Assembly: GCF_006345805.1 (NCBI RefSeq) | Contig: NC_043009.1 | Location: 38,688,001 to 38,752,000 of the forward strand | Direction of reading: 5' to 3' | Source: Octopus sinensis | Taxonomy: Eukaryota | DNA length: 64,000 bases | Part shown: one piece after another, positions 12,922-26,612 of the stretch | Layout of the letters: each line of letters opens with the position of its first letter | How positions within the stretch are numbered: the first letter of the stretch is position 1 | Notes under the pieces: model-generated | Seen by the model: only the letters and a program-made list of their open reading frames with translations | Told to the model about the DNA's origin: nothing | The model's database searches: none | Translations under genes and position numbers: made by a program

Positions 12922-13399
12922 CTATATAGGTAATATATATGTGTGTGTATGTGTAGTTTCTTTGTGTGTGTTTGAGTGCATTTGTGTGTGTGTGAAAAAT
13001 ACCTGAATCAATGACAGACGCGTACTTAAACACATACATGAACTGTAAATAATTTCCGGGAGGAGATTATTTCGATATCCTCCCTCTGCACAAAAAAAAA
13101 TGAATAAATAAAGAAATAAAACTGAAGAGAAAACTTGCTATGTTAAACGTGTTTTACTGGATTTTTTTTTTTCAGAAAACTATAGCAAATTAGAAGAAAA
13201 TGGCTGCATGCCCTCTGTATAATGTCATATGATAGGTAGACATATCAAATGACATGAGAGAGGATGAGTGATTCATGAGAAGTAGCGAAGAGAAAGTAAG
13301 CGGGAAATCTGTACTTTATATGAAAAGAATGGGCGAGAGAGCCACAAATATGGAAGATATTACATATACCAATTTTCATGGCCACCATCTTATTTACGT

Positions 13400-13900
13400 C
13401 CATTTTTCCATGATTGCATACTTAGGCACATCTACTGCACAGTGTTTCGCTACTCCCCTCGGCCCTGTGTCATATTTTTCATGAAAATGTAAGGCAATTT
13501 CTAACTAGTTTTCCTCCATCTCTTCGTTGGTCTTCCTCTTCCATATCCGCCTTTCTGTTGGAGCGATCACCATGTCCTTAGGAATCGTCTGTTTGTACCA
13601 GCGTAGGTTTTTGCCTTTTTAAAATGCGTCGGTTCCTCTTATATCAACCTTCATTTCCAATTCATGTGTATCCTGTAATGTATGCACACCATTGTACTTT
13701 TTTGCTCAGTAGCATTACATTTCATCTCGTCTTTCTAGACTTCTCAACTTATCATACAGTAGGGCTCTTCAAACACCAGTATTATAGAATCTGTTCTTCA
13801 CTCTGGAAGAGAAATACGTCGATGTTAACAGAGGTATTATCTGATTATTTTTCTTTCAGTTCCTGCCTCGGTTAATACGTTACCAGAACACCGATCTTCA
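13400..13900 (-). mobile_element. Decayed RTE-clade LINE 3' fragment
   Basis: Reverse-complement frames: VKNRFYNTGV*RALLY...NLRWYK...GYGRGRPTKRWRK (RTE thumb/C-terminal motifs), with many lesions. Confidence 0.6.
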
Positions 13901-14048
13901 CTTTTTATTCCTTCACATAACTGGCCAAATTTATCGGCTTCATTTAGAGAGCTTTCCGAGCGTTTGAAGGAATATTCATACATACATGCATACATACATA
14001 AATATACACATGCTCTCTCCATCTATCTCTTTCTCTCTCTCTCTCTTT

Positions 14049-14085
<37 letters not shown>

Positions 14086-15091
14086 TTCCGAGCATTCGAA
14101 GTAATACATATATATACGTGTGTTTGTGTGTGTGTGATATAAACGATACGAAAAAACATATGTGTGTGCATTTGTGTGTGTATGGATACGCATTCTCTCT
14201 GAACCACATGTACATACACACAAACTGCATACTGAATACATTTAATCTTGGAAATACAATGACTTTATTTTACTTTATTTTATTATATTTCATTGCAATC
14301 GAACAGTTTGTTAAATCTTCTCAAAGATTGCATTGATTTTTAAACAGTGCAAATTTCTTAAATTAGCGCTTACAATAATTCTGACGAGGTCACAGTCATT
14401 AGTAAAGTCTTTCTTTATTAAAGGATTTCATGTTATATGATTGTACAATGATACAAAATGTAATAATAGACTCTTTAATTAACGAAGAAACATTACAGAA
14501 TGCTAGAACTATGGAATCGTTCATTCGACAACCAGTTATTATTTTCAAAAATGTATAAATAAACACACAATGAAATCTTAATTATAACTCATTATAAAAG
14601 TAAAAGAAGAAATAAATAAAAATGTATGTAAATTTGTTATGAGATAATATATTTACTGTTGCAGATTCTGTTTATAAAGTAGATGGTTAAACATTGTTAA
14701 AATCTCACCTTAACGACCTTGAAGATTATAGATGATAATATAAATAATTATTTCCTAATTAAGTAACATATTTGGATTTAGTTATATTTTTTATATGAAG
14801 GTCAGTCATGATCAAGCATACCTATAATCAAGGGTGTTTTATCTTTGACCAGCCAGCCTTAATATTTTTTTTAAACCTGACACGTAGTTTTATCTTTCGT
14901 GACATCTTTCAATGCATTGTTTTCCTTTTAAAGATGGATTTTAATATATGCTTTACAAAAATAATTCTTATAAATATTTCAATGAATATAATTAATATTT
15001 CTAAAAATATATCCACCGATGATAAGTTTTCGATTGTTTGTCGATGTGATATTTATAACAATATTCGCATATATGGATATACATATATATT

Positions 15092-15157
<66 letters not shown>

Positions 15158-15216
15158 CATACATACACAGTACATACATATAGATAGATAGGGAGATAGA
15201 TAGATAAATATACATG

Positions 15217-15258
<42 letters not shown>

Positions 15259-15471
15259 TACACGTACATAAACAATAAACTGTCTCTGTGTAAGGTATGT
15301 ATGTGTGAATGTGTATGTGTATGTATGTGTGTGTGTGTGTGTGAGTGTGAATGTGTGAGTGTGTGTACATACAAAGCATGCATTACTGTTTAGGGTAAAA
15401 TATTGGAGAATTTTGCCGATAACTCCAAAAAAACGTCAGGAATAGTATAACGTTGCTAATAATTTTGCCTT

Positions 15472-15690
15472 GGAAGGCGGCAAACTGGCAGAAACGTTAG
15501 CACGCCGGGCGAAATGCTCCGCGGTATTTCGTGTCTTTACGTTCTGAATTCAAATTCCGCCGGGGTCGACTTTGATTTCATCCTTTCGAGGTCGATAAAA
15601 TAAGTACCAGTTGAATACTGGGAGTCGATCTAATCGACTGGCCCCCTCCATAAAAATTTCCGGCCGTGTGCCTGGAGTAGAAAAGAATAA
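15472..15690 (+). mobile_element. SINE family B, full-length-like
   Basis: aaggcggcaaactggcagaaacgttagcacgccgggcgaaatgc head, B-box gaattcaaattccgcc. Confidence 0.85.
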
Positions 15691-16849
15691 TTTTGGCTTG
15701 GAATTGCTGCAGATTCCTGCCAGAATTCGAACCTGAAAACGTCAGTACATTTGCTGCATTTTTATCTTCTGAAAGCCATCTTAACCATTTATAAACACCC
15801 AAACTCTCTTATATACACTTACGAACGCGTATATAAATATATATTTTTTATTTTAAATGATTACATTGATATATAGATATATTCCTCTGCGCTCTATCCG
15901 TATGATTAGAGACAGATGATATATTGTTGATGTTGGTTAATGATTAATTGTATCGTGTACGAATTATTCTCTCTTGTATAAAACAAAAAATTCTAACCAA
16001 GTTTGTCACACGTGCAGAATTATAAAAAAAAAATATTGTGATGAAAAAAAACAAAAAAAAACAGAAGACATGATTTATGTTTTTCAATGCAGTGAACTAA
16101 TTAAGTGTTGCATCTGCAGTGTTTAATGGCCAAAAGGTTTAATGAAGTTATCTTGCTTTGGTTTGTTTCATTACAGACGAAGAATTAATTATTTTGCTAT
16201 TATTGTCCTGAATGAACAAGTCACATGATGAACAATTTCTACGTGTTAACTTTTGACGCTAGAACAAAACCTTAATTATGCATCCTCTACATCTTCAATC
16301 TCGGTTGTTTTTATTCGCTTTATATGAAACCGATGTTATTCTTTCATAGCTGTTGGCATGTTTTCCCCATTATTACAGTTTGGAGGCGACCAGAGTCTTT
16401 GGTATACCCTGCTCCTCTAAAGCTATTATTCAATGGCAGCCATTGTTGCATTTACGTTATTCCTTTTATTCATTTCCCAGCAAATAATCACGCATATATT
16501 CAATGCAATCACTTAATTGGAATAAGTGGAACAACTGAATTTTGAAGGTAAAACGTTTTGTAATATAATACTACAGAAATATTTATGAATAGCAGCAGAG
16601 GTTAGGATATTATATAGGGAATTTTACAGAAGAATCGCAGATTAGAAAACTGCTGTCATCCTCCGGTGAAATTATAACACGTAAAAGAAAAGATTATATT
16701 ACAATTACACCTGGGGATGAAAATCAGAATCATTTACATAATTATGCAATAGTGTATGTGCAATGTGGAAATTAGGTATAAAATTCAAATAACTAATTAG
16801 AAAGCATCTACCGCAAGATATTTGGCGTAGTATTATTGAAATTCGCTTG

Positions 16850-17065
16850 AAGGCGGCGAGCTGGCAGAATCGTTAACAAGCCGGGCAAAATGTAGCGACA
16901 TCTTATCCGTCCTCGCGTTCTGAGTTCAAATTCCACCGAGATCAACTTTGCCTTTTATCCTTTCAGGGTCGATAAAATAAGTACCAGTTGAGCACTGAGG
17001 TGAATGTAATCGACTTAATTCCTCCCCTAAAATTGCTGGTCGTATACCAAAATTTGAAACCATCA
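16850..17065 (+). mobile_element. SINE family B
   Basis: aaggcggcgagctggcagaatcgttaacaagccgggc head, gagttcaaattcc. Confidence 0.85.
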
Positions 17066-17179
17066 TTGAAATTCACTTCACAATAACGAGGGCCAAGGTT
17101 CGATTCGACTGGCTGGCATCTTGGGCAAATGTAATTTTCTACAGTTTCATGTCGTTCATATTTAGAGTCAAGAGTATTC

Positions 17180-17475
17180 ATTTGTGAAAAATCTGGCCTG
17201 GTCGATTTGAGGTCTTAAGTAAACATCGCAATTGGTGAAATCTTGTTTCCAACCGTCAGCTCAAATTATGTTTCAGCTGTGGCGTAGAAACAATTCACTT
17301 TGGAATTCGTGCTCTTCTTCAAAGCATTTAGAGATGTAGCTAGAAATTTAATAACGGGCTACTTGCTGAAAAGGATTAAATAAAGCTATATCCAATAAAA
17401 TCTGATGAAATACATCAGACGTATGATTGTGAATGAATATAAGATTCAAATGAAATATGTAGACTCCATTTAGAG
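17180..17475. repeat. Diverged ~290-bp dispersed repeat; second copy at about 22875-23170
   Basis: Colinear shared blocks gaaaa(a)tctggc..., gatgtagcta, aaaggattaa.taaagctatatcca, ...tccattta..ggacaag. Possibly an old LINE fragment. Confidence 0.7.
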
Positions 17476-17612
17476 GGACAAGATGATATTGGGTTGGAGG
17501 AAACTTTATACAAGGCCATCAGGTTGAATGTGCAGTTAAGTCATAAGCAACAGCCTTGTTATATATTGTGTCATGCTGACTTGGCAGGAATTACTCGAAA
17601 CATCTCTCTCTT

Positions 17613-17835
17613 TGACTTGTTTCAGTCATTTGACTGCGGCCATACTGGAGCACCGCATTTAGTCGAGCAAATGGACCCCAGGACTTATCCTTTGTAAGCC
17701 TAGTACTTATTTTATCGGCATCTTTTGCCGAACGTTAAGTTACGGGGACGTAAACACACCAGCATCGGTTGTCAAGCGATGATGGGGGGACAAACACAGA
17801 CACACAAACATATACACACGCATACATACTTGCAT

Positions 17836-17878
<43 letters not shown>

Positions 17879-18036
17879 CGACGGGCTTCTTTCAGTTACC
17901 GTCTACCAAATCCACTCAGAAGGCTTTGGTCGCCCCGAGGTTATAGTAGAAGGCACTCGCCCAAGGTGCCACGCAGTGGGAATGAAGCCGGAACCATGTG
18001 TTTGGGAAGCAAGCTACTTACCACACAGCCACTCCT
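17613..18036 (-). mobile_element. SINE family C, full-length
   Basis: Reverse complement runs from caggagtggctgtgtggtaagtagcttgc to gactgaaacaagt. Confidence 0.9.
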
Positions 18037-18472
18037 GATCCTAAATTAACGCATAAATAGCTGAACTTTCTACAGACATGACTATAAACCATTACTATGT
18101 TAATTCAAGGGCAGGTAATTCTGCTGATTACTCTACTGCATGTACATGTTTGAGCGACGGAGATCCACCGCCATACAACATAATAATATATGATGTTTAT
18201 GAATTGAATTCCTTTACTTTCAATGTTTTAATTTCTTTCATTCTTTCGACCCACCTCTGTTTCCCTCCATACACATGCAATGCATAAAAACACGACCGAG
18301 TAGTTAAGAGGTCTGGAGTTTGATGTCACTACGTTGTAGCTGGGTAAATATCTTCATCTTAGACACAGGTCGACGGGTAGACGGAAAATGCGTAAGAGCC
18401 CATCAGGTGGATTGCACCTGTAATTCAAATTTCAACCAAATGCTGCACGCTCACACACCTACAGTGCATACA

Positions 18473-18506
<34 letters not shown>

Positions 18507-18535
18507 CATACATACATATATTCATACATACATAC

Positions 18536-18566
<31 letters not shown>

Positions 18567-18577
18567 CATAGATACTT

Positions 18578-18766
18578 TGCCATGATAGATCGGTAGCCAC
18601 TACACATTTTTTTCTCTCCTTGTTTCTTTCTGTGTTCCTTTCTGTGGAAGAGCGTAGGCTCGAAACGTTAAAGACTTTTTCAATTCCCGAGCGTTAAACT
18701 AATACATCTGTTTGTTTTCTACACCACCTGTCTTCGTCTTTTGTTTTTTTTGTGAATTCTCCCCCT
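18578..18766 (+). mobile_element. ~190-bp Penelope pLTR-like repeat with hammerhead-like motif (copy 1)
   Basis: Other copies at about 19245-19385 (-), 43650-43815 (-) and 44476-44675 (+). Motif at 18638-18673: CTTT-CTGTGGAA-GAGC-gtag-GCTC-GAAAC-GTT^AAAG. Confidence 0.7.
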
Positions 18767-18835
18767 ACATACATACATACATACATACATACATACATAC
18801 ATACATACATACATACATACATACATACATACATA

Positions 18836-19140
18836 GAATACCTACTCAGAACTATTGAGAATTCTGCAGTTACTCTATCCAGATTACAAGTTCAAGGTTA
18901 TATCTGTAATTATGGGGGCACTAAGATATGTAACACACTGCCTAAATATCAATCTTGAGAAACTAGGCTTTTCAAAACCAGAACGGAGAAAGCTGATTCG
19001 AAGACTACAGATCTAATCCATCACTGGAACTGTAAAAGTCTGTAATACTTTCCTGAAGTTTATCATTTAAGTATACATGAGCATGTCTAGATATGCAACT
19101 ATATGCATGAGGAGACATGCATAAAACAAAACATACAAAT
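18836..19140 (+). mobile_element. RLE-clade (R4/NeSL/Hero-like) LINE extreme 3' end
   Basis: YSELLRILQLLYPDYKFKVISVIMGALRYVTHCL...RRLQI*SITGTVKVCNTFLKFII*: the P/V-I/V-GALG-type C-terminal motif of restriction-like-endonuclease LINEs. Flanked by (CATA)n-like tracts. Confidence 0.65.
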
Positions 19141-19162
19141 CTGCACATATACATACGTACAT

Positions 19163-19244
<82 letters not shown>

Positions 19245-19385
19245 AAGAACTCACAAAAAAAAACAAACGAAGACAGGTGGTGTAGACAACAAAAAGATGA
19301 ATTCGTATAACGCTCGGGAAGTGAAAAAAGACTTTAACGTTTCGAGCCTACGCTCTTCCACAGAAAGGATAACAAAGAAACAAGG
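19245..19385 (-). mobile_element. ~190-bp pLTR-like repeat with HHR-like motif (copy 2)
   Basis: Motif at 19332-19367 is identical to the copy 1 motif on the opposite strand. Confidence 0.7.
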
Positions 19386-19444
19386 CTTCTTTCCATTTCC
19401 GCTCACAAAACTTGTCGACCCAGGGATAAAATTGAAGAGACCTG

Positions 19445-19700
19445 CCCAAAGTGCTCTGCAGTGAGATTGAACTCGGAGCAATGTGGTTGGGAAGCTATTT
19501 GTTTTTGTGCATGTGTGTGACCATTGCCTTTGTTTTTTCTATCCCTTAACAAACAGTACTGGTTTGTTTACGTCGACGTAAAGTAACAGTTCGGCAAAAG
19601 AGACCGATAGATAAAGCACTGAGGTGAATTTGTTTAACTGAATCTCTTCAAGGTCGTACATTAGTATGGCCGCAGTGCAATTAACTGAGAGTATTAAAAC
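19445..19700 (+). mobile_element. SINE fragments, mostly family C
   Basis: gttcggcaaaagagaccgatagataaagcac and atggccgcagtgcaatt.actga tail motifs. Further C fragments at about 20438-20610 (-), 21868-22025 (-), 23880-24140 (-) and 26500-26605 (+). Confidence 0.65.
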
Positions 19701-20871
19701 AAATAAAAGAATAAAAGAGAAGAACCCAGGCAAGATTCGAAATCTCTTCATAGCATATTCACCACGTTTTCGCGTCACATATTCGTCTTGTTACATTAGA
19801 TTTAACGCTCTACATGCTATTTGAAATAACAAAATAAATGAATAAATAGATAAACAGCAACACCCTCCAGGTATATATACATGCATCCATTTAGATGTAG
19901 ACGAACTTATATATGCTATAACATAGTTTTTCTCTTGGCATGTAAAATTCATACAAATACGTTGGATTTGTTAATGTTCACACATCTTAGAATTCAGCTT
20001 TATCTACATAAAAATAAAAATAAAAAAAATCTTTTGCGTTCATTTCCATACATTAAAAGCATTTATATTTTACTGGCTGTCTGTGATCTCGTGTTCATGT
20101 TTTTCCATTGGAAAGCTATCCATTTCCATATATCATCAGCTACACACACAAAATAAAATGAAAACGAAAACAAAATAAAACAACGACAAAATACGAGAAA
20201 ATAAAATAAATACACAGTGTAAAAAGAAATATTTGCTTGATATAAAGAATTCATAATGAATTCTGAATTTATTCTAGATATCACCTGCCGATTAAAAGTT
20301 ACCTTAATTGGATTTTTACCTGATACGTTAGAGTTGGGAAAAACAGTTTGACAAACTCGTCTCCTTACGTGATTCAGAAAGCCTGAAACTTCATCGGAAA
20401 TAAGTGATATGTTATTTTTAAAATTTTTGGATCCTTTTACTGGTTTCAGTCATTGGACTGCAACCATGCTGGAGCATCCCCTTCAAATATATTAGTCGAC
20501 AAAATTGAACCAAAAACTTATACTGTTTTTTTTTGTTTTTTTTTTTACTGTACCTCTATGTTACGGAGACGTAAACAAACAGGTTACCAAATGGAGGGGT
20601 TGCAAACACAAATGAACGAGTACCCACACCTTTGTGTATGCATACGTGTGTGTGTCTCTGTCTCTGCACATGTGCGCGCGTGTGTATACGTATATCACTA
20701 TATGTGTATAACACTACATATAAAAACAGTTAGAAAGTATAGCATTGTGGAATTCCATGGCAGCATACTTTCAATTGGTGTGCATGCATTTAGAATGAAA
20801 TACAGGTGACAATTTAATTTGTTTACATCAAGTCTCTCTCTCTCTCTCCCTCCCCCTGTCTCTCTCTCCCT

Positions 20872-20913
<42 letters not shown>

Positions 20914-20944
20914 TATATATATATATATAGTGAACTATATATAT

Positions 20945-21105
20945 AGTTCACTCAGCTGTAGAAATGAGTTGCGATGTCACAGGTGCCAAGCTGTATCGGT
21001 CTTTGCCTTTCTCTTGGATAACACTGGTGGCGTGGATAATGGAGGCCGGTATGCATGGGCGACTGCTGGTTTTCCATTAACAACCTTGCCCGGACTTGTG
21101 CTCAG

Positions 21106-21108
<3 letters not shown>
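20945..21108 (+). mobile_element. SINE family D, central fragment
   Basis: gttcactcagctgtagaaatgagttgcgatgtcacaggtgccaagc matches the reverse complement of 33845-34180. Confidence 0.8.
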
Positions 21109-21143
<35 letters not shown>

Positions 21144-21165
21144 CACACACACATATATACATACA

Positions 21166-21196
<31 letters not shown>

Positions 21197-21327
21197 TAAT
21201 CAGCCGAAATTGCGAAGATGATCTGTTTCTGACTGATGACTGAGGGCTTCGAATGTCCCGTCCTGTGGTTCTTGTGTCGTCTCTTTGGTGTTTCATGTTC
21301 TTGTCCATGTCTGTATTTATTTTTTAC

Positions 21328-21406
<79 letters not shown>

Positions 21407-21408
21407 TA

Positions 21409-21482
<74 letters not shown>

Positions 21483-21668
21483 TGTGTGTGTCTGTGTCTG
21501 CTTGCATGTATGTATGTATATATGTATATATTATTTAAAACAGTTTGATGCGGGTTCGTGCTATTTCAAGTTCCGGAAGCCACTGGCGGGTCCTGTCTCC
21601 CCAGGCTGGTTGTGTATCCAAATGAACAGAGGGGTACATACACACACACACACACACAAACATACATA

Positions 21669-21800
21669 CGAGGTCTGATTAATATGTATCCAGATTGTTG
21701 TCATAGTAACGAATCTATAACAAGCAGAGTGAAACTACTTGGCACAGATTGACCTTGAAACCTACTGTGCATGCGCACAAATTTTACCATTCTAGCTCCC
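21669..21800 (+). mobile_element. Possible mariner-type terminal fragment
   Basis: TA|CGAGGTCTGATTAATATGTATCC resembles mariner TIR starts; no partner end was found. Confidence 0.4.
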
Positions 21801-23439
21801 TTCCCTTGTTTACAACAATGCTTGGAAGGAACGTGCGTAGTATGAAATATATATATATATATATATATGACACACTATCATACAGTTTCCATCTACTAAA
21901 TTACTCACAACACATTTGTCCGCCAGGGGCAATAGTTGAAGACACTTGCCCAAGGTGCCTCGTTGTGGGACTGAGCACAAAATCACAGCAGGGTCGCGAA
22001 GCGAACTTTTTATTTACATAGTCATATCTGCTCGTCTAGAATATTTTTTTAGGATTCAGAATGATTTATCGCTTCCTGAAAACTGTTGGAGAATGATTAA
22101 GAAGTGTGATTGGGATTTTAATGTAAAATCAACTTTAACATTCGTCATTTGGAATATTTCAAAATTCGTTTTCGGAATATAGGCGAGAATATGATAACAA
22201 AGGATATGACAGGCAAACCAAACAAATACAAAAAATGTGATGAGTATAAAATCAGACATAAATAATGATTCTCTTTCGTTTTGTCCTCCGTTATAATTCG
22301 CAGACGGACAGTTTAATATAATTGGGCCATATATATATTTTTTATAATTTGATTATTCGTTTCGCCTCATTGCTTTCTAATAGAAACGAGACTCGATGTG
22401 TTAGCGACTCTGTGTCAACAGAGATTCTTTTTTAGGGTAAGTGGTGTGATAAAGTGGTGGGGGCCCCATAAAGTGAGTAATTTTATTTTGATATGTATGA
22501 GTGAGTGTTTGTATGTATGTATGTATGATTGTGTGTATGCTTTAGAGTTGCCTGTTACACGGTGTCAATTTGGAATTAGGAATGAAGTTACTTTTTATTC
22601 GCTGTCGATAAATATGTCCTGTGGGTTCAATTATTTTATTTTTCAATTGCTTAAAATTGATTGGAACAGATTAAAATGACATAAAATGTTTAGATCAAAT
22701 AAAAAAGATTTATTCTCTGTGGAGTCTTTCAGAAATGTCTTTACGCTTCATTAAGAATTATACTAAATTGGATAGACAGCCTTTGGAAAAACAACAGCAT
22801 TTTGCATAAACTTAAAGAAAATACGAGGTGTAAAACCAGTCGCTCTTATTTAGTGACAAGAGTATTTATTTTGTGGAAAATCTGGCTTGGCCGATTGATG
22901 TTTTAAGTAAACAGGGTAGCAGGTCAAGTCTTGTTGCCAACTGGCAGGTCAAATCTTATTTCGATAGTGGTGTAAGAACAATTCAATACGGAATTCATCC
23001 TATTCTTCGCAGCATTTTAAGATGTAGCTACCAATTTGATAACGAGTTACTTGTTAAAAAGGATTAAGTAAAGCTATATCCATTGCGGTCTGATAAAATA
23101 CATCACGTGTATGTTTGTGAATAAGTGTAAGGTTCCAGTAATGTATGTGGATTCCATTTATAAGGACAAGGAGAAAAGAGGATTCTGTACCAATTTAGAA
23201 ATGTGAGAATGAAACTAGTTGACTACAGTAATTCCTCGCTATATCACGGTTCACCCATTGCGGTTTATTATTTAAGCTTAAGTCGATTCCTCCGTGGTGT
23301 TGTTTTGCATTTATAATAAAATAAATATATACAAATTATAAAAATAATAAAAAAAAAATACAGTACAGTATTGTTTCTACGTCGTTGATTTTCACCTATC
23401 GCAGGGTGTTTTGGAATGTAACACCCGCATTAGTCGAGG

Positions 23440-23831
23440 AATTAATAATGGAAGCACTCCGTCGGTTACGACGATGAGGGTTCCGGTTGATCCGAATCAA
23501 CGGAACAGCCTGCTCGTGAAATTAACGTGTAAGTGGCTGAGCACTCCACAGACACGTGTACCCTTAACGTAGTTCTCGGGGATATTCAGCGTGACACAGA
23601 GAGTGACAAGGCCGGCCCTTTGAAATACAGGTACAACAGAAACAGGAAGTAAGAGTGAGAGAAAGTTGTGGCGAAAGAGTACAGCAGGGATCACCACCAT
23701 CCCTGCCGGAGCCTCGTGGAGCTTTAGGTGTTTTCGCTCAATAAACACTCACAACGCCCGGTCTGGGAATCGAAACCGCGATCCTATGACCGCGAGTCCG
23801 CTGCCCTAACCACTGGGCCATTGCGCCTCCA
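23440..23831 (-). mobile_element. tRNA-derived SINE family A, full-length, tail type 1
   Basis: Reverse complement: gtggaggcgcaatggcccagtggttagggcagcggactc (A box)...ggtttcgattccc (B box), ending ...gaaccctcatcgtcgtaaccgacggagtgcttcc. Confidence 0.9.
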
Positions 23832-24323
23832 CTGATGAGGGATTACTCTGTTGAAAAACATTGTCTATATATTTTATCGTTTACATCTTTCAGTCATTGG
23901 AGTGCAACCAAGCTGGGGTACTGCCACGAAGAGTTAGTCGGACAAATCGACTCTAGTGCTTATTATTAAGTCTGGTACGTATTTTGTCGGCATCTTTGCC
24001 GAAATGCTAACTTACGGTGACGTAATCAAACCGTAACCAAATGCACTTGTGTGGCACTGGTCGGCCCGGAACTACAATAGAAGATACTTGCATAAAGTGT
24101 CACACACAGGCACTGAACCACGCAACAACATGGCTGCAAAGGGATCATTTTAACCCTACTACTACTATACCATATCTGCGCCTATATATGAGCAATAATT
24201 CCTTTCCATTCCTCTCTATCTCTCTCATTTCTATTTCTATCTATCTCTCTCCACTCTTGCTTCGGAAGAAATAACACAAAGTATCTTGTCGGGCGCACTA
24301 ATGATTCTGACAGCTCGCCGCCT

Positions 24324-24365
<42 letters not shown>

Positions 24366-24459
24366 CAACACCACCGGCGTTGCTGTTCATTACCACAGAT
24401 TCACTTGTCAGTTGCTTAGCCCTAACAAGTTAAGCGTTTGCTTTAGTGGCTGGCGATAT

Positions 24460-24803
24460 GTGCAACTCTGGTGACGATCAGGAAAAAGTGGGAGGACATC
24501 ATAGCAATGGCTGAGAGGGATTCATTGGGGTTTGAATAATTCAGTCCGGGAAACATGGATGGTTCGTTCATCATCCTTCAACAACACTTATTCAGGGACC
24601 GAGATGGGCTACTCGACCTGGAGAAAATTCTTACTGAACCCTATTTGCAAGGTCATATGCTGTTTATCTTGATATGAGATCACCATGTCGCTCACATATG
24701 GTTGTGATGCATGTACCAGGTGTACCCTTATCATGATGGGTATACTGGGCTTCGTATATTTTAACCCAGTGTCACTTTGATGGCATGCACTGCTGCCTCA
24801 CTC
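24460..24803 (+). repeat. Probable retroposon 3' end terminating in (AAT)n
   Basis: A GC-richer block ending ...ggcatgcactgctgcctcactc runs directly into (AAT)n; family not identified. Confidence 0.4.
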
Positions 24804-24870
<67 letters not shown>

Positions 24871-24872
<2 letters not shown>

Positions 24873-25753
24873 CTAAAAATAGAACAGCAACGAACCATGA
24901 TAAAACGATGGCAAGAAAAGCCCCTTCATGGTAAATACTGGACTAAACTAAACGCAAAAGAAATAGACACAGAAAAATCTCAGCAGGACTCAAAGCAGAG
25001 ACAGAGAGATTTTTAATTGCAGCACAAGACCAAAGCCTCCCCACCAGAAATTACCTAAAACATGTAATGAAAAGAAATATAACAAGTAACTGCAGAATAT
25101 GTGGAGATGGACAAGAAACAATAAATCATATTATCTCTGGCTGCCCAGTCCTGGCTAAGAAGGAATATATTCACAGACATGATAGTGTTGGCACCTACAT
25201 ACACTGGAAGCTATGCCAACATTATGGAATAACAACAGAAAAAAGATGGTATAGGCACACACCAGAAAAGGTCACAGAAAACGAGAAAGCAACCATACTC
25301 TGGGATATGCCGATACACACAGATAGAGAAATTAAGGCCAACAGACCAGATATAGTTGTCAGAGATCATGAAGAAAAAAAAATGCTTTCTAATTTATGTA
25401 TCAATACCGGCAGATGACAACGTGTCTCTAAAAGAAATGGAGAAACTTTCAAAATACAAAGACCTGGAAATAGAGGTAACCAGAATGTGGAATCTAAAAA
25501 CAGAAACAATTCCTATCATAGTAGGTGCATTAGGCATGATAAAAAAATATTCAGACAAATACATAACAAAAACACCAGGACTTACAACACCTATAACATA
25601 CAGAAAATTGCACTACTAAGCACTGCACAATCCTACGCAGAACACTTTTCATACAATAACCATCAGAGCATCACAACAAATCACAGCACATACCTAAGGC
25701 ACACAGAGCTGCGCTCGGTAGTGAAGTGAAAGCACGCTATAAAAATAAAACTA

Positions 25754-25756
<3 letters not shown>
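24871..25756 (+). mobile_element. R4/Dong-clade LINE, 5'-truncated (CCHC knuckle plus RLE endonuclease), embedded in (AAT)n
   Basis: CRICGDGQETINHIISGC, YIHRHDSV, RPDIVV, IYVSIP.D...KEMEKLSKYKDL, IIVGALG. (AAT)n lies on both sides (about 24804-24870 and 25757-25845). Frameshifted. Confidence 0.9.
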
Positions 25757-25823
<67 letters not shown>

Positions 25824-25863
25824 TTAATAATATAATAAAAATAATAATAATAATCACTATTAA

Positions 25864-25914
<51 letters not shown>

Positions 25915-25918
<4 letters not shown>

Positions 25919-26165
25919 GTTAGGCTGAGGTTCGGTCTTATTCCTGGAGAATTTATGTGGGTAGCTGGTTACTACCTGTAGCCTTAGGTATCCCACAAGT
26001 TTTCAGCTGTCTTTTAAGTGCTTAGAACCCTCATGATAATCCTTGCTGTCCCTAAGAGACAAAATTCCTGTAGGAGCTCTACCGGGCATTCTATTCCAAT
26101 CTCTTTCTGCTGTTCGTCTATATCTTTGCTTACTGTTCCCAACGCGCCGGTTATTAGGCACTAAT
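25915..26165 (-). mobile_element. Second R4/Dong-like LINE 3' end, tail-to-tail with the first
   Basis: Reverse complement: ITGALGTVSKDIDEQQKEIGIECPVELLQEFCLLGTARIIMRVLST*, with an (AAT)n tail on the minus strand (about 25860-25918). Confidence 0.75.
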
Positions 26166-26327
26166 GTCTCCAAATTCTATTTCAAATTTTAAGGGGTTGC
26201 ATTTCTTTTATTTTTCGCCCCCTTTCCGATTCTTCTTCTTCTTCTTCTTCTTCTTCTTCTTCTTCTTCTTCTTCTTCTTCTTCTTCTTCTTCTTCTTCTT
26301 CTTCTTCTTCTTCTCCTCGTTATTATT

Positions 26328-26500
26328 AAGGTGGCGAGATGGCAGAATCGTTAGCACACGGGGTGAAATGCTTAGAGGTATTTCATCTGCAGCTACGTTA
26401 TAAGTTCAAATTTTACCGACGCCGACTTTACCTTTCATTCTTCTGGGGATCGATAAATTTAAGTACCGGTTATACATTAAGGTCGATGTAATCGACTTAC
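26328..26500 (+). mobile_element. SINE family B
   Basis: aaggtggcgagatggcagaatcgttagcac head, aagttcaaatt B box. Confidence 0.8.
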
Positions 26501-26612
26501 CCCTTGGGTATGTGTCTTGTACTATAGCCTCGGGCAGAGTAAAGCTTTGGGAATTGATTTGGTAAACGGAAACTGAATGAAGCCCGTCGTATATATACAT
26601 CCATATATATAT

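Noticed and set aside
17400-17420. CTGATGA in tctgatgaaatacatcaga (also 29923-29941)
   Set aside because: A simple local hairpin with no downstream GAAA/helix III.
23760-23831. Standalone tRNA genes (also at 31585, 34100-34180, 42650-42708 and 51578)
   Set aside because: A and B boxes are present, but they continue into SINE bodies and I could not fold a full cloverleaf.
23832-23875. CTGATGA...GAAA after the SINE end
   Set aside because: No stem I pairing and no helix III/NUH arrangement.
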